The position numbers and the translations under genes were made by a program. Below the pieces are notes generated by a model, which saw nothing but the letters and a program-made list of their open reading frames with translations, did not search any database and was not told the origin of the DNA. A stretch of DNA of 64,000 nt from NCBI GenBank assembly GCA_963422615.1, contig OY730414.1:372001-436000 (forward strand), read 5' to 3'. This document shows positions 9,715 to 19,938 of the stretch, piece by piece. The stretch comes from Longimicrobiales bacterium (GTDB taxonomy: Bacteria; Gemmatimonadota; Gemmatimonadetes; Longimicrobiales; Gaopeijiaceae). The first letter of the stretch is position 1. Each line of letters opens with the position of its first letter.

Positions 9715-11145
9715 TCAGAGAACTTCGCACCAGCGTACCAGCTCCCCCAGGGGTCGGCTTCCGTCGTGAAGCCAGTCGGCCCCGGGGAAGGGCACCCGGG
9801 TCAGGGGGACGACCCGGCTTGCTCCCAAACCGAACAGCGCCCGGACGAAACCTTCCCCGACCGGCGGTAAGCCCGCCAGACCCACGGTTTGCAAGGCGGG
9901 TGACAGGGAGGCCAGGGCGTCCAGGCAAGCCTCCTGGCTGGCCACAGGAACCACCCACGCCAACCGGCCACCCACGGGAGTCACGTCTTCCAGGGAAGCC
10001 AAGACCACCGTCCAGCCGAACCCGTCGGAGGACCACACCTCGAGACCGCCGGAGGCGGCTCCCTTCATGGTGAGGCGGCCTCTGAACTGATGTAGGTCGG
10101 ACAGGTCTCCCGGTTGTGGTTCCGTCGGGGGCAGGTCCCTGTCCAGCTCCGCCAGCCGGTTCGCCAGTTTCTGGCACCACCGGAGCGCACGTCTCTTCCC
10201 CCCCAGGAAGAAGAAGATGTGGGTGCTCACACAGCCTTTCTGGTCGAATAGCGCCACTGCCTCCGCAGCGGGCCTAGCCGAGGCGGACGGCGATTCGGGA
10301 CCGACCACCGCCACCCCGAGACGGTGAGGGTGCTCGACCAGCCGGGTGGAGGCGGGCGCGCGGGCCCGAACGGACTCGATGGTGGTGTTGCTTCCGTATA
10401 CGACGGCCCGGTCCACCCGTCCCAGGACAGACCGCTCCCACGCGTCCCATTCCGGGCTCCCACCCGGCCAATACTGTACGGCCACGGCTTCGCCCATCGA
10501 AGAATCGACACCTCGAAGCGCTCGGGCGAAGCGGACAGCAAGGGCCACATCTCCGGCGCCCGGCTTGGCAAGAACGGCGGACTTGACGAGGAGGGCCCGG
10601 ATCATGGACATCACAGTCACACCGGGCACGGAACCGGCGCCGATGTGGAAAGTTAGCCCCCGACCGGAAGCGGCTACCCTCCTGCCCCCCCCGCCCCCGC
10701 CCCCTCCGGCGACAAAGCCGTCCAGCACCCGGGGCTCGGGGAACTCGGCCCGGACGAGACCCGCCAGCGCGTCCCGGGTCCACGACCGGGCCATGCCGTT
10801 CACCACGGTGCGGGTCATGGCCATCGACAGCCCGGCGTTCGCGGAAATCTCCCGAAAATCGTTGTCGTCCATGTCCAGGGGAAACGCTTCACCCACCGAG
10901 CCCAGCACGGCGATCACGTCATCGATCCGGCGAGCCGAAAGACGCCTTCCCGCTTTCCCCAGAGAGGACACAAGGGAGGCGGCGAAACCGGGGCTCGGGT
11001 TCGGGTAGCGGACCCTAAGATCCCCCGCCCGAACCTCCCGAAAAGACGCGGGCGGGGGAAGCTGCCGGGGCCACAGCCAACCGTCAAGGAATCCCCCTTG
11101 CCCTCCGGCTCGCCGGGTCGCCGAACCTTTGTTCATCGCTTTCAT
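9715..11145 (-). CDS. LuxC-like acyl-CoA/acyl-protein reductase
   Basis: FHIGAGSVPG, ALLVKSAVLAK, VYGSNTTI, catalytic FDQKGCVS and HDGSRPLGELVRW. ATG 11145 overlaps the upstream stop (ATGA). Confidence 0.85.
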   Translation of the reverse strand: MKAMNKGSATRRAGGQGGFLDGWLWPRQLPPPASFREVRAGDLRVRYPNPSPGFAASLVSSLGKAGRRLSARRIDDVIAVLGSVGEAFPLDMDDNDFREISANAGLSMAMTRTVVNGMARSWTRDALAGLVRAEFPEPRVLDGFVAGGGGGGGGRRVAASGRGLTFHIGAGSVPGVTVMSMIRALLVKSAVLAKPGAGDVALAVRFARALRGVDSSMGEAVAVQYWPGGSPEWDAWERSVLGRVDRAVVYGSNTTIESVRARAPASTRLVEHPHRLGVAVVGPESPSASARPAAEAVALFDQKGCVSTHIFFFLGGKRRALRWCQKLANRLAELDRDLPPTEPQPGDLSDLHQFRGRLTMKGAASGGLEVWSSDGFGWTVVLASLEDVTPVGGRLAWVVPVASQEACLDALASLSPALQTVGLAGLPPVGEGFVRALFGLGASRVVPLTRVPFPGADWLHDGSRPLGELVRWCEVL

Positions 11146-12338
11146 CGTTCCGAGAGCGGCTTCCGCACCTCCCGCAGAAAGGACTCGGCCGCCAAGGAGC
11201 AGCCCCGCAACTCCGCCCCTGCCGCCCGACCCGCCAGGCGGAATCCGCCGTCCTCCGTCGTCTCCCCCAGGTCCTCCGTCAGGACGTGACACACGGACGC
11301 CGCATTCGCGAGGTCGTAGTGTGCCAACAGCCCCGGTACTCCCGGCGGCAGGGGCGCCAAGCTCGCCGGATCCAGCGCTCGCGTCCGCACCCAGGGGGGA
11401 AAGTGGTGTTTCCTGCCTGATAGAGGGGGCGCGGTCCCCGCTTCCCCGTCGTAGGCCTGGGACAGCAGCTCGGTCATCCCGTACTCGTTCACGACATGGG
11501 ATTCCGAAACCCCGAGGCGGTTCCGAATCCGCCGGTAGAGCCCCTCTCGGGCCACCTCCGCGACCCGCCCCTTGAACCCCCCTGTTTCCATCAGACGAGA
11601 GCCCTCCGGAAGGCGAATCTCTTCCCCCTTCAGCGTTTCCAAGAGCTGGACCAGGGCAAAGGCGGTGGCCAGCAAGAGAATGGGTTCCCGGTCCGCCGTT
11701 GCGGCCTTCCGAAAGGCGGCCGCGTCCACTCCCCGCGCTTCGCTGAAGATCCATGCCGTTCCCAGCACTTCCGGTTCGCGGGAAATGAATCCGGCCATGG
11801 CGGCCAGGGACGAAGACGGGACGCTGTCGGGGTGAGGGATGAGGGAAACAACTCGAACGGAACCCGAGTTTTTCAGCAGATGCCTTCGGTAGTTCTGCTG
11901 GGCGGCAGCCCAGTAAAGGTCCAGGCTCCCTACATGGTGTTCCCCCCGCCGACGGGGTCCTTCCGACGTGCCGCTGGTGCAGAAGACGGCCTCGGAGGTC
12001 CCGGTAACGATGGGCACTTCCTTGAACGCCGCCGTGGGAACCGGGGGGATGTCTTCCCACGAGGCCACGTCCCGGGCCCGCTCACCCCAAAACCGGCGCA
12101 GGACCGGGTTCGACCGGAACTGCACTCTGTGGATTCTCCGAGCCAAGCGGTCGAAGGCTTCGTCGGTGAAGGCGGAAGCATCACCGTGGAATTCGGTGCC
12201 GAACGGGTCAACCGGTTCGGTGCCCTCCGGGGACTGTCTCCGCTTCGGCCTCCGTTCCGCCCCAGCGCCCCACGTGCGAAACAACCGGGCGAGTTCCCCT
12301 ACCACGGCCTCGATGGTCGGTGCCCCTTCGACCGTCAA
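11142..12338 (-). CDS. LuxE-like acyl-protein synthetase
   Basis: IPPVPTAAFK, FCTSGTS, METGGFKGR, EYGMTELLSQAY, DLAN, LTEDLG and ELRGCS. Confidence 0.88.
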   Translation of the reverse strand: MTVEGAPTIEAVVGELARLFRTWGAGAERRPKRRQSPEGTEPVDPFGTEFHGDASAFTDEAFDRLARRIHRVQFRSNPVLRRFWGERARDVASWEDIPPVPTAAFKEVPIVTGTSEAVFCTSGTSEGPRRRGEHHVGSLDLYWAAAQQNYRRHLLKNSGSVRVVSLIPHPDSVPSSSLAAMAGFISREPEVLGTAWIFSEARGVDAAAFRKAATADREPILLLATAFALVQLLETLKGEEIRLPEGSRLMETGGFKGRVAEVAREGLYRRIRNRLGVSESHVVNEYGMTELLSQAYDGEAGTAPPLSGRKHHFPPWVRTRALDPASLAPLPPGVPGLLAHYDLANAASVCHVLTEDLGETTEDGGFRLAGRAAGAELRGCSLAAESFLREVRKPLSER

Positions 12339-14062
12339 GCCCCGGGAGGCACTCCCGGGAGGTCGGGGCCGGCGCCCCGCACCGCCCGTCCACCCAATTG
12401 TCCGGATTGCTCCCCCTCCCGAATCGTGTGAACACCGGAGACGACAACGTGTTGGACCCCCTCCGGGTAACGGTGCGGTTCGTCGAAGCTGGCCCGGTCA
12501 CCGACTCGATCGGGGTCGAAGACAACCACGTCTGCTACAGCGCCGGGCCGAAGCACTCCCCGGTCTGCCAGGCCCAATTTATTGGAAGGCAAGCCTGACA
12601 TTTTGTAAATTGCAGTTTCCATCGGCATGGTCTTCCGATCTCGGACGTATCGTCCAAGAACCCGAGGGAAGCTCCCGTAGCCCCGGGGGTGGGGAGACGA
12701 ATCGGAGAGTGCTCCGTAAGGCGCGTAGGCGCCCCCGTCGGAGCACACCATTCCCAAGGGATGGGACAGGATGCGCTCCGTGTTCTCCTGGGACATGCCG
12801 AACCCGATCATTCCCGCGCGCCCACCGGTCTCGGCCAGAAGCCGAACCGTGAGCTCGTAGGGGTCCTCGCCCAGCTCCAGGGCCAGTTCGCCGATGCGGC
12901 GCCCCCGGGCAAAGCGGGCGGCCCCGTGAGTCCCCGTGACCTGGACCGCGTCCCACGATCCCAGGAGGGCGATCTTTCCCCGGCAGGCGCGTTCCAGCGC
13001 CGGCCCCTGCTCCGGGTCGGCCAACCGCTCCAGCAACCGTTCCGCCCCACCCGCCCGTCCCCAGGCGGGGAACAGATTCGAGAGCCCCGTCGAATAGGCG
13101 ATGTAGGGGTAGCGATCGAAGTGGACGTCCACGCCATCGTCCCGGGCGGCCTGGATGGCCGCGAGCGCCGCATCGGCCTTCCAGTAATTGCGCTCCCCTT
13201 GGGCCTTCAGGTGGGAAATCTGGACGCCGACCCCTGCGGTGCGGCCCACATGAAGGGCCTCCTCCACTGCCGCCAGCAGCCGGTCGTCTTCGTTCCGAAG
13301 GTGGGAGGCGTAGGGATAGGGCGTACCGCGCAGTTCCAAGGCCAAGGCGATCAGTTCTTCCCCTCTTGCGAAACTCCCAGGCGTGTACTCCAGGCCGGCG
13401 GAGAGGCCGACGGCACCCCGGGAAAGGGATTCGCGCACCAGGACTCGCATCCGGTCGACTTCCGCCGGGGTGGGGGGACGGTCAACCCCACCCATTACGT
13501 AGCCACGCACCGTCCCGTGCCCCACCATTGTGGCAACGTTGACGGCGGGGCGTTCTTGATCAATTCGGTCCAGGAATCCCCCCGGATCCCGGAAATCGAT
13601 CTCGACACCGTAGCTCCGGCGGTAGCGATCTCGCACCGACTCGAAGGTCGCGTCCGCCCAGGGGCCAACGGAGCTGCCGTCCTGGCCCACCACCTCCAAC
13701 GTGACGCCTTGGCGAACCCGACTCTCCGCCTTGACGTTCACCAGCAGGGAAAGGTCGGCGTGGGAGTGAATGTCGACGAATCCCGGCGCAATCGCCATTC
13801 CCCGGGCGTCGATCTCCGTCGTGCCAACCGAGGAAACCCTCCCAACTTCCGTGATCCGGTCTCCCGTCATGGCGACATTGCCGCTCCGGGGGGGACCCCC
13901 GGTCCCGTCGTAGATGGTTCCTCCACGGATGACCAGGTCGACCCGGTTGCGCGACGGGATCCCACCGAGGTTCGACAAACTGGAAGGCCCGGAGAGAACC
14001 GATCCACCCGAGAATCCGACGAGACCGGCCACGCTCCTCCCCAGGAAATCGCGCCTTTTCAC
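12335..14062 (-). CDS. N-acyl-D-amino-acid deacylase (amidohydrolase), Tat-exported
   Basis: KRRDFLG Tat motif, PGFVDIHSHAD, GQDGSS, SHLRNE, SHLKA, YPY, SDGG and PHPRGYGSFPR. Confidence 0.9.
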   Translation of the reverse strand: MKRRDFLGRSVAGLVGFSGGSVLSGPSSLSNLGGIPSRNRVDLVIRGGTIYDGTGGPPRSGNVAMTGDRITEVGRVSSVGTTEIDARGMAIAPGFVDIHSHADLSLLVNVKAESRVRQGVTLEVVGQDGSSVGPWADATFESVRDRYRRSYGVEIDFRDPGGFLDRIDQERPAVNVATMVGHGTVRGYVMGGVDRPPTPAEVDRMRVLVRESLSRGAVGLSAGLEYTPGSFARGEELIALALELRGTPYPYASHLRNEDDRLLAAVEEALHVGRTAGVGVQISHLKAQGERNYWKADAALAAIQAARDDGVDVHFDRYPYIAYSTGLSNLFPAWGRAGGAERLLERLADPEQGPALERACRGKIALLGSWDAVQVTGTHGAARFARGRRIGELALELGEDPYELTVRLLAETGGRAGMIGFGMSQENTERILSHPLGMVCSDGGAYAPYGALSDSSPHPRGYGSFPRVLGRYVRDRKTMPMETAIYKMSGLPSNKLGLADRGVLRPGAVADVVVFDPDRVGDRASFDEPHRYPEGVQHVVVSGVHTIREGEQSGQLGGRAVRGAGPDLPGVPPGA

Positions 14063-14136
14063 GTGTCGAGCTCCTCTGCTTCCGGTGGGCAGCCGCCGCT
14101 TTCCCAATCTACCCTGGCCCGTAAAGTACCCTGCCC

Positions 14137-14403
14137 CTAAAAGCTGGACGAACGGCGTACCCGACCCGGTTCGATACCCCCGGCCTGGAGGACTTTGGCC
14201 CGCAGCCGCGCTCCCTCCCGGTTCAACCAGTCGTCAAGGGCGGAGAGGTAGCCCGCGACTTCCCGGTACTCGTCTTCGGGGAAATCGTCCCCTTCCGCCG
14301 ACTCCAACGCCCCGCGCAGAATCCGAAGCTCCCGACGGGCCTTCTCCACCGATCTCCGGAGCCTCGTGAGGGACCGGCGGGCTTCTCCTTCCGCGGTTTT
14401 CAT
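14137..14403 (-). CDS. Hypothetical helical protein
   Basis: 88-aa coiled-coil-like ORF in the same direction as the downstream operon. Confidence 0.7.
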   Translation of the reverse strand: MKTAEGEARRSLTRLRRSVEKARRELRILRGALESAEGDDFPEDEYREVAGYLSALDDWLNREGARLRAKVLQAGGIEPGRVRRSSSF

Positions 14404-14753
14404 GTTCTAGAATATCGGGGAACCCTGGTGAAGGCGGAAGATGGGGGAGGGTTGCAGCGACCGGGACGCCCTGAGTATTCACAGTTCACAAGAACGGCCT
14501 AGCCTTACGACGGAACGACGGGCGTTCACGGACTCGCACCGGCTTATTCAAGCAATGTCCGGGAAGTCGGATGACTTGGGTTCGGGGCCCTTGACGCCTC
14601 GACTCCATCCCTTGACGCTTCGGCCACATTGCGTAGCGGACGAAACCGGTTACGATTTCCGCGCCGGAACCGGTTCCAGGGCTCATTCCAGACCGGTGTT
14701 TGGGCCGGCCTCAGCGGCCCGGTCATTCCCGACACACGCGGAGGGAAACCCCT

Positions 14754-16312
14754 ATGCGCCCACTCCCCACTCGTCCCATTTCCTCGTCCCGACCTCCCCC
14801 GCCAGCGAACCCTCGATCCTTCGTCCTTCCCCTGCCGCTTCGGGCCGTCCTTTCGGCTCTGGCCATTGCCCCCATCGCCACGACCGAGCTTCCCGCCCAG
14901 GAGCGGTACGATATCGTCCTTGCCGGCGGGCGGGTCATGGACCCGGAAACCGGCCTTGATGCCGTTCGAAACGTCGGTCTCCGGGGGTTCGAGATCGCCG
15001 CTATCTCCCATGACCCCTTGGTGGGGGACGTGGAAATCGATGTTTCGGGACTCGTCGTGGCGCCGGGCTTCATCGACCTTCACGCGCACGGCCAAACCCA
15101 CCGGGCCAACGAGTTCCAAGCCCGGGACGGGGTAACCACGGCGCTGGAGCTGGAGAGCGGCGTAGCCGACCCGCGGTCCTTCATCGCCCGCAGGGGCGAA
15201 GGCGCCATCTTGAACTTCGGGGCAACGGTGTCCCACATGGCGGCCCGGACCTGGGCCATGCCCCACCGGGCCAACGCCGTGGCACGGGGCCTGAACATTC
15301 TGGAGACCGACCCCGAAGCGGGAGAGACGGCGTTGAGCTCCGTAGCATCGGCCGCCCGGTACGACGCCGTCCAGCCCGGCGGTTATGGGGCCCTTCGGGA
15401 AGCCCTGGAACGGGGCCTCGACCAGGGAGCCCTGGGGATCGGCGTCGCCCATCAGTACTATCCGGGGGCGACCCGGGAAGAGATCCTGCGCGTATTCGAG
15501 GTGGCCGCCGACCGACAAGCACCGATCTACACGCACGTCAGGAGTATGGGCGTCGGCGCCATGCAGGAAGTGATCGCCAACGCCGTGGTCACCGGCGCCC
15601 CCCTCCACATCGTCCACGCGAACAGCTCCAGTCTCTGGAACATCTCAACGGTGCTGGAGCTCATTGACGGTGCCCGGAGGCGGGGCTTCGACATCAGCAC
15701 CGAAGCCTACCCCTACACGGCGGCTTCGACGAGCCTGCAGTCCGCCATCTTCGACCCCGGATGGGAGGACGCCCTTCGCATCGGCCCCGGCGACCTCCAG
15801 TGGCAGGACACCGGGAGCGACTGACGCCAGAGAGCTTCCAGCGGTATCGCGCCCAAGGCGGCGTCGTGATTATCCACATGATGAAACCCGAGTGGATCCG
15901 GGAGGCCCTGGGGCGGGAATTCGTCATGGTTGCTTCGGACGGGATGCCTTACGCGCCCGGGGCGCACCCCCGAAGCGCCGGCACCTTTTCCCGTTTTCTG
16001 GGCCGCTACGTGCGCGACCAGGGCCTCGTCTCGTTGATGGACGGGCTGGCGAAGATTACGCTCATGCCCGCCCGGCGCTTGGAGGGCGTGTCGGACCAGA
16101 TGACGCGGAAGGGACGCCTCCAGCTTGGTGCCGATGCCGACATCACGGTCTTCGACCCGGAACGGATTTTGGACACTGCAACCTTTGAGGACGACCTCTC
16201 CTATTCGGTCGGCGTGGCCCATGTACTCGTGAACGGGGAGTTTGTGGTGCAACATGGCGAGAACGTGCCGAATGCGAGACCCGGCCAAGCCATCACGGGA
16301 CGAAGGAAATGA
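14754..16312 (+). pseudogene. Secreted D-aminoacylase/dihydroorotase-like amidohydrolase split by a 1-nt frameshift at about 15813-15815
   Basis: The 5' ORF has PGFIDLHAH and EAYPY and ends WQDTG-SD*. The 3' frame continues ERLTPESF...ASDG...HPRSAGTFSR...GADADITVFDP. One extra G in ACCGGGAGCGA restores WQDTGERLT. Confidence 0.85.
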
Positions 16313-16382
16313 CGATGGCTTTACCCCTCAAGGGCGTACGGACCGTCCGCTGACGTGGATCGGAGGGCAGCCCGAGAGCCTT

Positions 16383-17510
16383 ATGGCTACGTGTGGGAGC
16401 GGGAAGGGGGAGCGTCTTCTGGACGTCGTCGTCGTGGGGGCCGGACCCTGCGGCTTGGCGACTGCGGTCGCCGCCAAGGAACACGGGTTGCGGTACGCAA
16501 TCCTGGACCGGGCGTGCGTCACCGCTTCCCTGGCCCGCTACCCGTGCCACATGACGTTTTTCTCCAGCGTGGAACGGCTGGAGATCGGCGGCGTCCCGTT
16601 CACAATCCCCGAGCCCAAACCGACCCGGCGGGAAGCCCTCGCCTACTACCGGCACGTCGTACGCCACCACGGCTTGGAAATTCGCCAGTACGAGGAGGTG
16701 ACGGAGGTCACCCGAGAACCCGGACTGCGGGGGACGCCAAGCTTCTTCAGGGTCCGTACCCAGGCCAGGGGGCCAGGCGCTGTGTCCGCGTCCGGACCCC
16801 GGTCCCTGAACGGGGACGGCGCCCAGGATTCCGGCCGCCTTCACGAGCCGGGCCGGGCCGCAGAGTTGGTCGCTCGGGCCGTTGTGATCGCCACCGGCGG
16901 CTTCGGGGATCCGAATCGGCTGAAGCTGTCCGGAGAGCCGGACGGCTACCCGGACAAGATCATCCACTATTATCAGGAACCGTATCCGTACTTTGACCAG
17001 GACGTTCTCGTGGTCGGCGGCGGCAACTCGGCCGTGGAGACCGCCCTTGACCTCTACCGAAACGGAGCTCGGGTACGCATGGTACACTTCGGATACAACT
17101 TCGACCGGGGCGTCAAGCCGTGGGTCCGACCCGACATCGACAATCGTCTCGCCAGCGGAGAGATTCTCATGCAGTGGGGATCTCGGGTGGCAGGGGTCGG
17201 ACCCGGGACCGTCACAATCGTTGAGGAAGAGACGGGAACGGCCACCGAAGCCGCGAACGACTGGATCTTCGCCATGACGGGGTGGCGTCCCGACCACACC
17301 CTTCTGGAGCGCCTGGGCGTCGAATCCCATCCGGAAACGGGCGTTCCGGCCCGTGATCCGACCACCATGGAAACGACCGTCCCGGGGGTCTACATTGCGG
17401 GCGTGATCGCGGCGGGTTTCGACGCAAACAAAATCTTCATCGAGAACGGCCGGGAACATGGTGCCCGGATCGCGGCCCACCTTGCCGGACAGATCCGGAG
17501 CGACCGATGA
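16383..17510 (+). CDS. ypdA: YpdA-family FAD-dependent oxidoreductase (putative bacillithiol disulfide reductase)
   Basis: VVGAGPCGLA, MTFFSS, KPTRREALAYY, GGGNSA, VKPWVRPD, AMTGWRPD and IFIENGREH. Start uncertain. Confidence 0.88.
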   Translation: MATCGSGKGERLLDVVVVGAGPCGLATAVAAKEHGLRYAILDRACVTASLARYPCHMTFFSSVERLEIGGVPFTIPEPKPTRREALAYYRHVVRHHGLEIRQYEEVTEVTREPGLRGTPSFFRVRTQARGPGAVSASGPRSLNGDGAQDSGRLHEPGRAAELVARAVVIATGGFGDPNRLKLSGEPDGYPDKIIHYYQEPYPYFDQDVLVVGGGNSAVETALDLYRNGARVRMVHFGYNFDRGVKPWVRPDIDNRLASGEILMQWGSRVAGVGPGTVTIVEEETGTATEAANDWIFAMTGWRPDHTLLERLGVESHPETGVPARDPTTMETTVPGVYIAGVIAAGFDANKIFIENGREHGARIAAHLAGQIRSDR

Positions 17511-18562
17511 CCACTGGAGACGCAAGCTTCGCGATCGCTGGCGAAAGTGGGGGGCCTGCGCACTACGGGAGTCCCGACGACGAGTACGAGGCCGCCGTTC
17601 GGGGTTGCGGCGTCGTCTTCCGCGGAGATCGGGGACTGATCCGGGTACACGGGCGAGCGCCGGGACAGATGCTCCACGGCATCCTGACCAATAAGATCCC
17701 CGCGCCCCCAACCTCCGCCGCAGACCCGGAGGTGCAAAGGGGCGAAATGGTCTACGGCGCCATCCTCACGCCCAAGGGCCGCATGATCACGGACCTTCGA
17801 ACTTTCTGGCTGGGAGCCGGTGAAGCGCAGGGGATCGGCCTGGACGTTGCCCTGGCGGGGAAGAACGGGATGCAAGGTCACTTCGCACGCTGTCTGCCAC
17901 CCCGCCTCGCGGCGTTCACAGACCTCAGTGGCTCGGTGGGCCTCCTGACAGTGTTGGACCCAGGCGCAGGGGAGATCATCGGTTCCGTCTTCGGCGAAGC
18001 GCCGACGACAGGGTACGTGCTCCTGGAAGGAGGACCACTTGCCGGGGGGCTGATGGTTTCGAGGGGCGTGGAGCAAGTTCCGTCCTGGGACATCCGGGCT
18101 CCCTTCGATCGCCTGGGCCCACTTTGGGAACGGCTCGGCAGGCTCGGCGCGGTTCCCGTAGGATGGCAAGCCTGGAACACGCTGCGCGTCGAGGCGGGGT
18201 ATCCGGCCTTCGGCACCGACATGGACGAGACCACCATCCCCATTGAAGCGGGTCTTGGAGACCGGGCTTTCGACCACGGCAAGGGGTGCTACACGGGCCA
18301 AGAGGTCATCGTCCGAATCCTGCACCGGGGCCGCGTGAACTGGCACCTTCGAGCCCTCCGCTTCGGGAAGGCGACCGCCACTCCCGGGGACGAGCTCTTC
18401 GCGACCGGCGGCAAAAAGAAGCTGGGCCGGGTCACCTCCGCGGTCCGGTCTCCGCGCTTGGGCGGAACGGGCCTGGGCTACGTTCGCCGGGAAGTGGAAC
18501 CGCCGGCCACCCTGTACCTGAGGAGCGGCACGGGACCGGAGGTTCACGTGGAGGCATTGTGA
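17507..18562 (+). CDS. ygfZ: YgfZ/GcvT-family folate-binding protein
   Basis: Signature KGCYTGQE, plus LTPKGRM and LRVEAG. Confidence 0.9.
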   Translation: MTTGDASFAIAGESGGPAHYGSPDDEYEAAVRGCGVVFRGDRGLIRVHGRAPGQMLHGILTNKIPAPPTSAADPEVQRGEMVYGAILTPKGRMITDLRTFWLGAGEAQGIGLDVALAGKNGMQGHFARCLPPRLAAFTDLSGSVGLLTVLDPGAGEIIGSVFGEAPTTGYVLLEGGPLAGGLMVSRGVEQVPSWDIRAPFDRLGPLWERLGRLGAVPVGWQAWNTLRVEAGYPAFGTDMDETTIPIEAGLGDRAFDHGKGCYTGQEVIVRILHRGRVNWHLRALRFGKATATPGDELFATGGKKKLGRVTSAVRSPRLGGTGLGYVRREVEPPATLYLRSGTGPEVHVEAL

Positions 18563-19692
18563 CGGGGATGGACAACCCCTCGCCAGGTGAGCAGGCAAGA
18601 CCGGCTTCGGACTCTCGTACCCACGACCAAAGACCTCGGATCCGGTTGAGCACGCTGTCCCACGGTGCCGGGTGAGCGTGTAAGCTCGGTCAAGCCGAGT
18701 TGGCGCAGGTTCTGCGTCCTCTATTCGCGACCGACGATCCCCGGGTCCTCGTCGACGCCTCGGCAGGGGACGACGCCGCGGTGTACCGGATCGCCGGGGA
18801 CCGCGCGCTCGTGGTGACCCTCGACTTCTTCACCCCGATCGTGGACGACCCCTACGACTTCGGCGCCATCGCCGCGGCCAATGCCCTCTCGGATGTGTAC
18901 GCCATGGGCGGGAGGCCCCGCTTCGCCCTGAACCTGCTCTCCTTCCCCCGGAGCCTCCTCTCCGAAGGGATGGCCGAAGAGATCATCCGAGGTGGGGCGG
19001 AGAAGGCCCGCGAGGCCGGGATATCGGTGCTGGGAGGGCACTCCATCGACGACCCCGAGCCCAAGTACGGAATGGTGGCCGTCGGAGAAGTCGACCCTGG
19101 CAAGATGCTTGCCAACGACCGGGCCCGGCCGGGCGACCGTTTGGTGCTCACCAAGCCCCTGGGAACCGGGGTCGTCGCCAGCGCGATCAAGAAGGACGCC
19201 TGTCCGCCTGGCGTCCTGTCCGCCGCTGTGGGGTCGATGGCCACCCTGAACCGGGGCGCCGCTGAAGCCGCCGTCGCCGCCCGAGCCCGCGCCGCCACCG
19301 ATGTCACCGGGTACGGTCTGACCGGCCACCTCCTCGCCATGGCCCGCGCCTCGGGCGTATCGGCCCGGATCGAAGCGGGGTCGGTGCCCGTTCTGGAAGG
19401 GGCCGTCGCGCTCGTGGAAGGTGGGTACGTCCCCGGAGGCACCCGGCGCAACCTGGCGGATGCCGGGACGAACGTCTCCTACGAGGGGGAAGTCGCCGAC
19501 CCCCTGAAGGTGCTTCTCGCCGACGCCCAGACGTCGGGTGGCCTCTTGGTGGCATCTCCGCCGGACCAGGTCACCGCACTCCTGGGGGAGATGGCCGCCC
19601 GGGGAGTGGAGGGCACCGAAATCGGGCGGGTGGAGGACGGAAGGGGCGGAAGTATCGTGGTCGCCGGAACGGCGGGGAGGGGTGGGTCGTGA
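18559..19692 (+). CDS. selD: Selenide, water dikinase, selenocysteine-containing form
   Basis: In-frame RLSTLSHGAG-TGA(18673-18675)-ACKLG continues into GDDAAVY, DFFTPIVDDP, ANALSDVYAMGG, GGHSI, LTKPLGTG, TDVTGYGL and DAQTSGGLL. Start is GTG 18559 (overlapping the ygfZ stop) or ATG 18568. Confidence 0.93.
18676..18706 (+). promoter_or_regulatory. Candidate bacterial SECIS hairpin
   Basis: GCGTGTAAGCTCGGTCAAGCCGAGTTGGCGC lies immediately 3' of the UGA. AGCTCGGT/GCCGAGTT forms a stem, with an outer GCG/CGC pairing. Confidence 0.55.
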
Positions 19693-19763
19693 ACGGCGAG
19701 CGAATCGACCACAGCGAACGGTCACGGCCCCTGATCGAGCACGACCCCTTCACAACAGCGTCA

Positions 19764-19929
19764 ACCCAACTTCCCCGAGCGGGACCCACAAGTTTGGCGA
19801 GATGGTGCGCGTCCGCACCCGCCGCTGGCTCGCCGAAGAAGTCGTTCCCACGGCCCGGCCCGGAGAGTCTTCGCGCGTCCGCGTCGCCTGCGCCGATGAC
19901 GACGCACAAAGGGGCAGGAACTGGCCTGG
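19764..19929 (+). pseudogene. drmD: N-terminal remnant of DISARM-like SNF2 helicase DrmD
   Basis: Across three frameshifts reads TQLP/ERDPQV/GEMVRVRTRRWLAEEVVPTARPGESSRVRVACADDDAQ/GQEL, recognised from memory as a DrmD N-terminus. Confidence 0.65.
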
Positions 19930-19938
19930 AAACATGAC

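Noticed and set aside
11146..12060. N-terminal 305 aa of the 781-aa ORF 9715-12060
   Set aside because: It overlaps the LuxE-like gene in another frame. The reductase plausibly starts at 11145.
9715..12338. Bioluminescence operon
   Set aside because: No luxA, luxB or luxD is present in the window.
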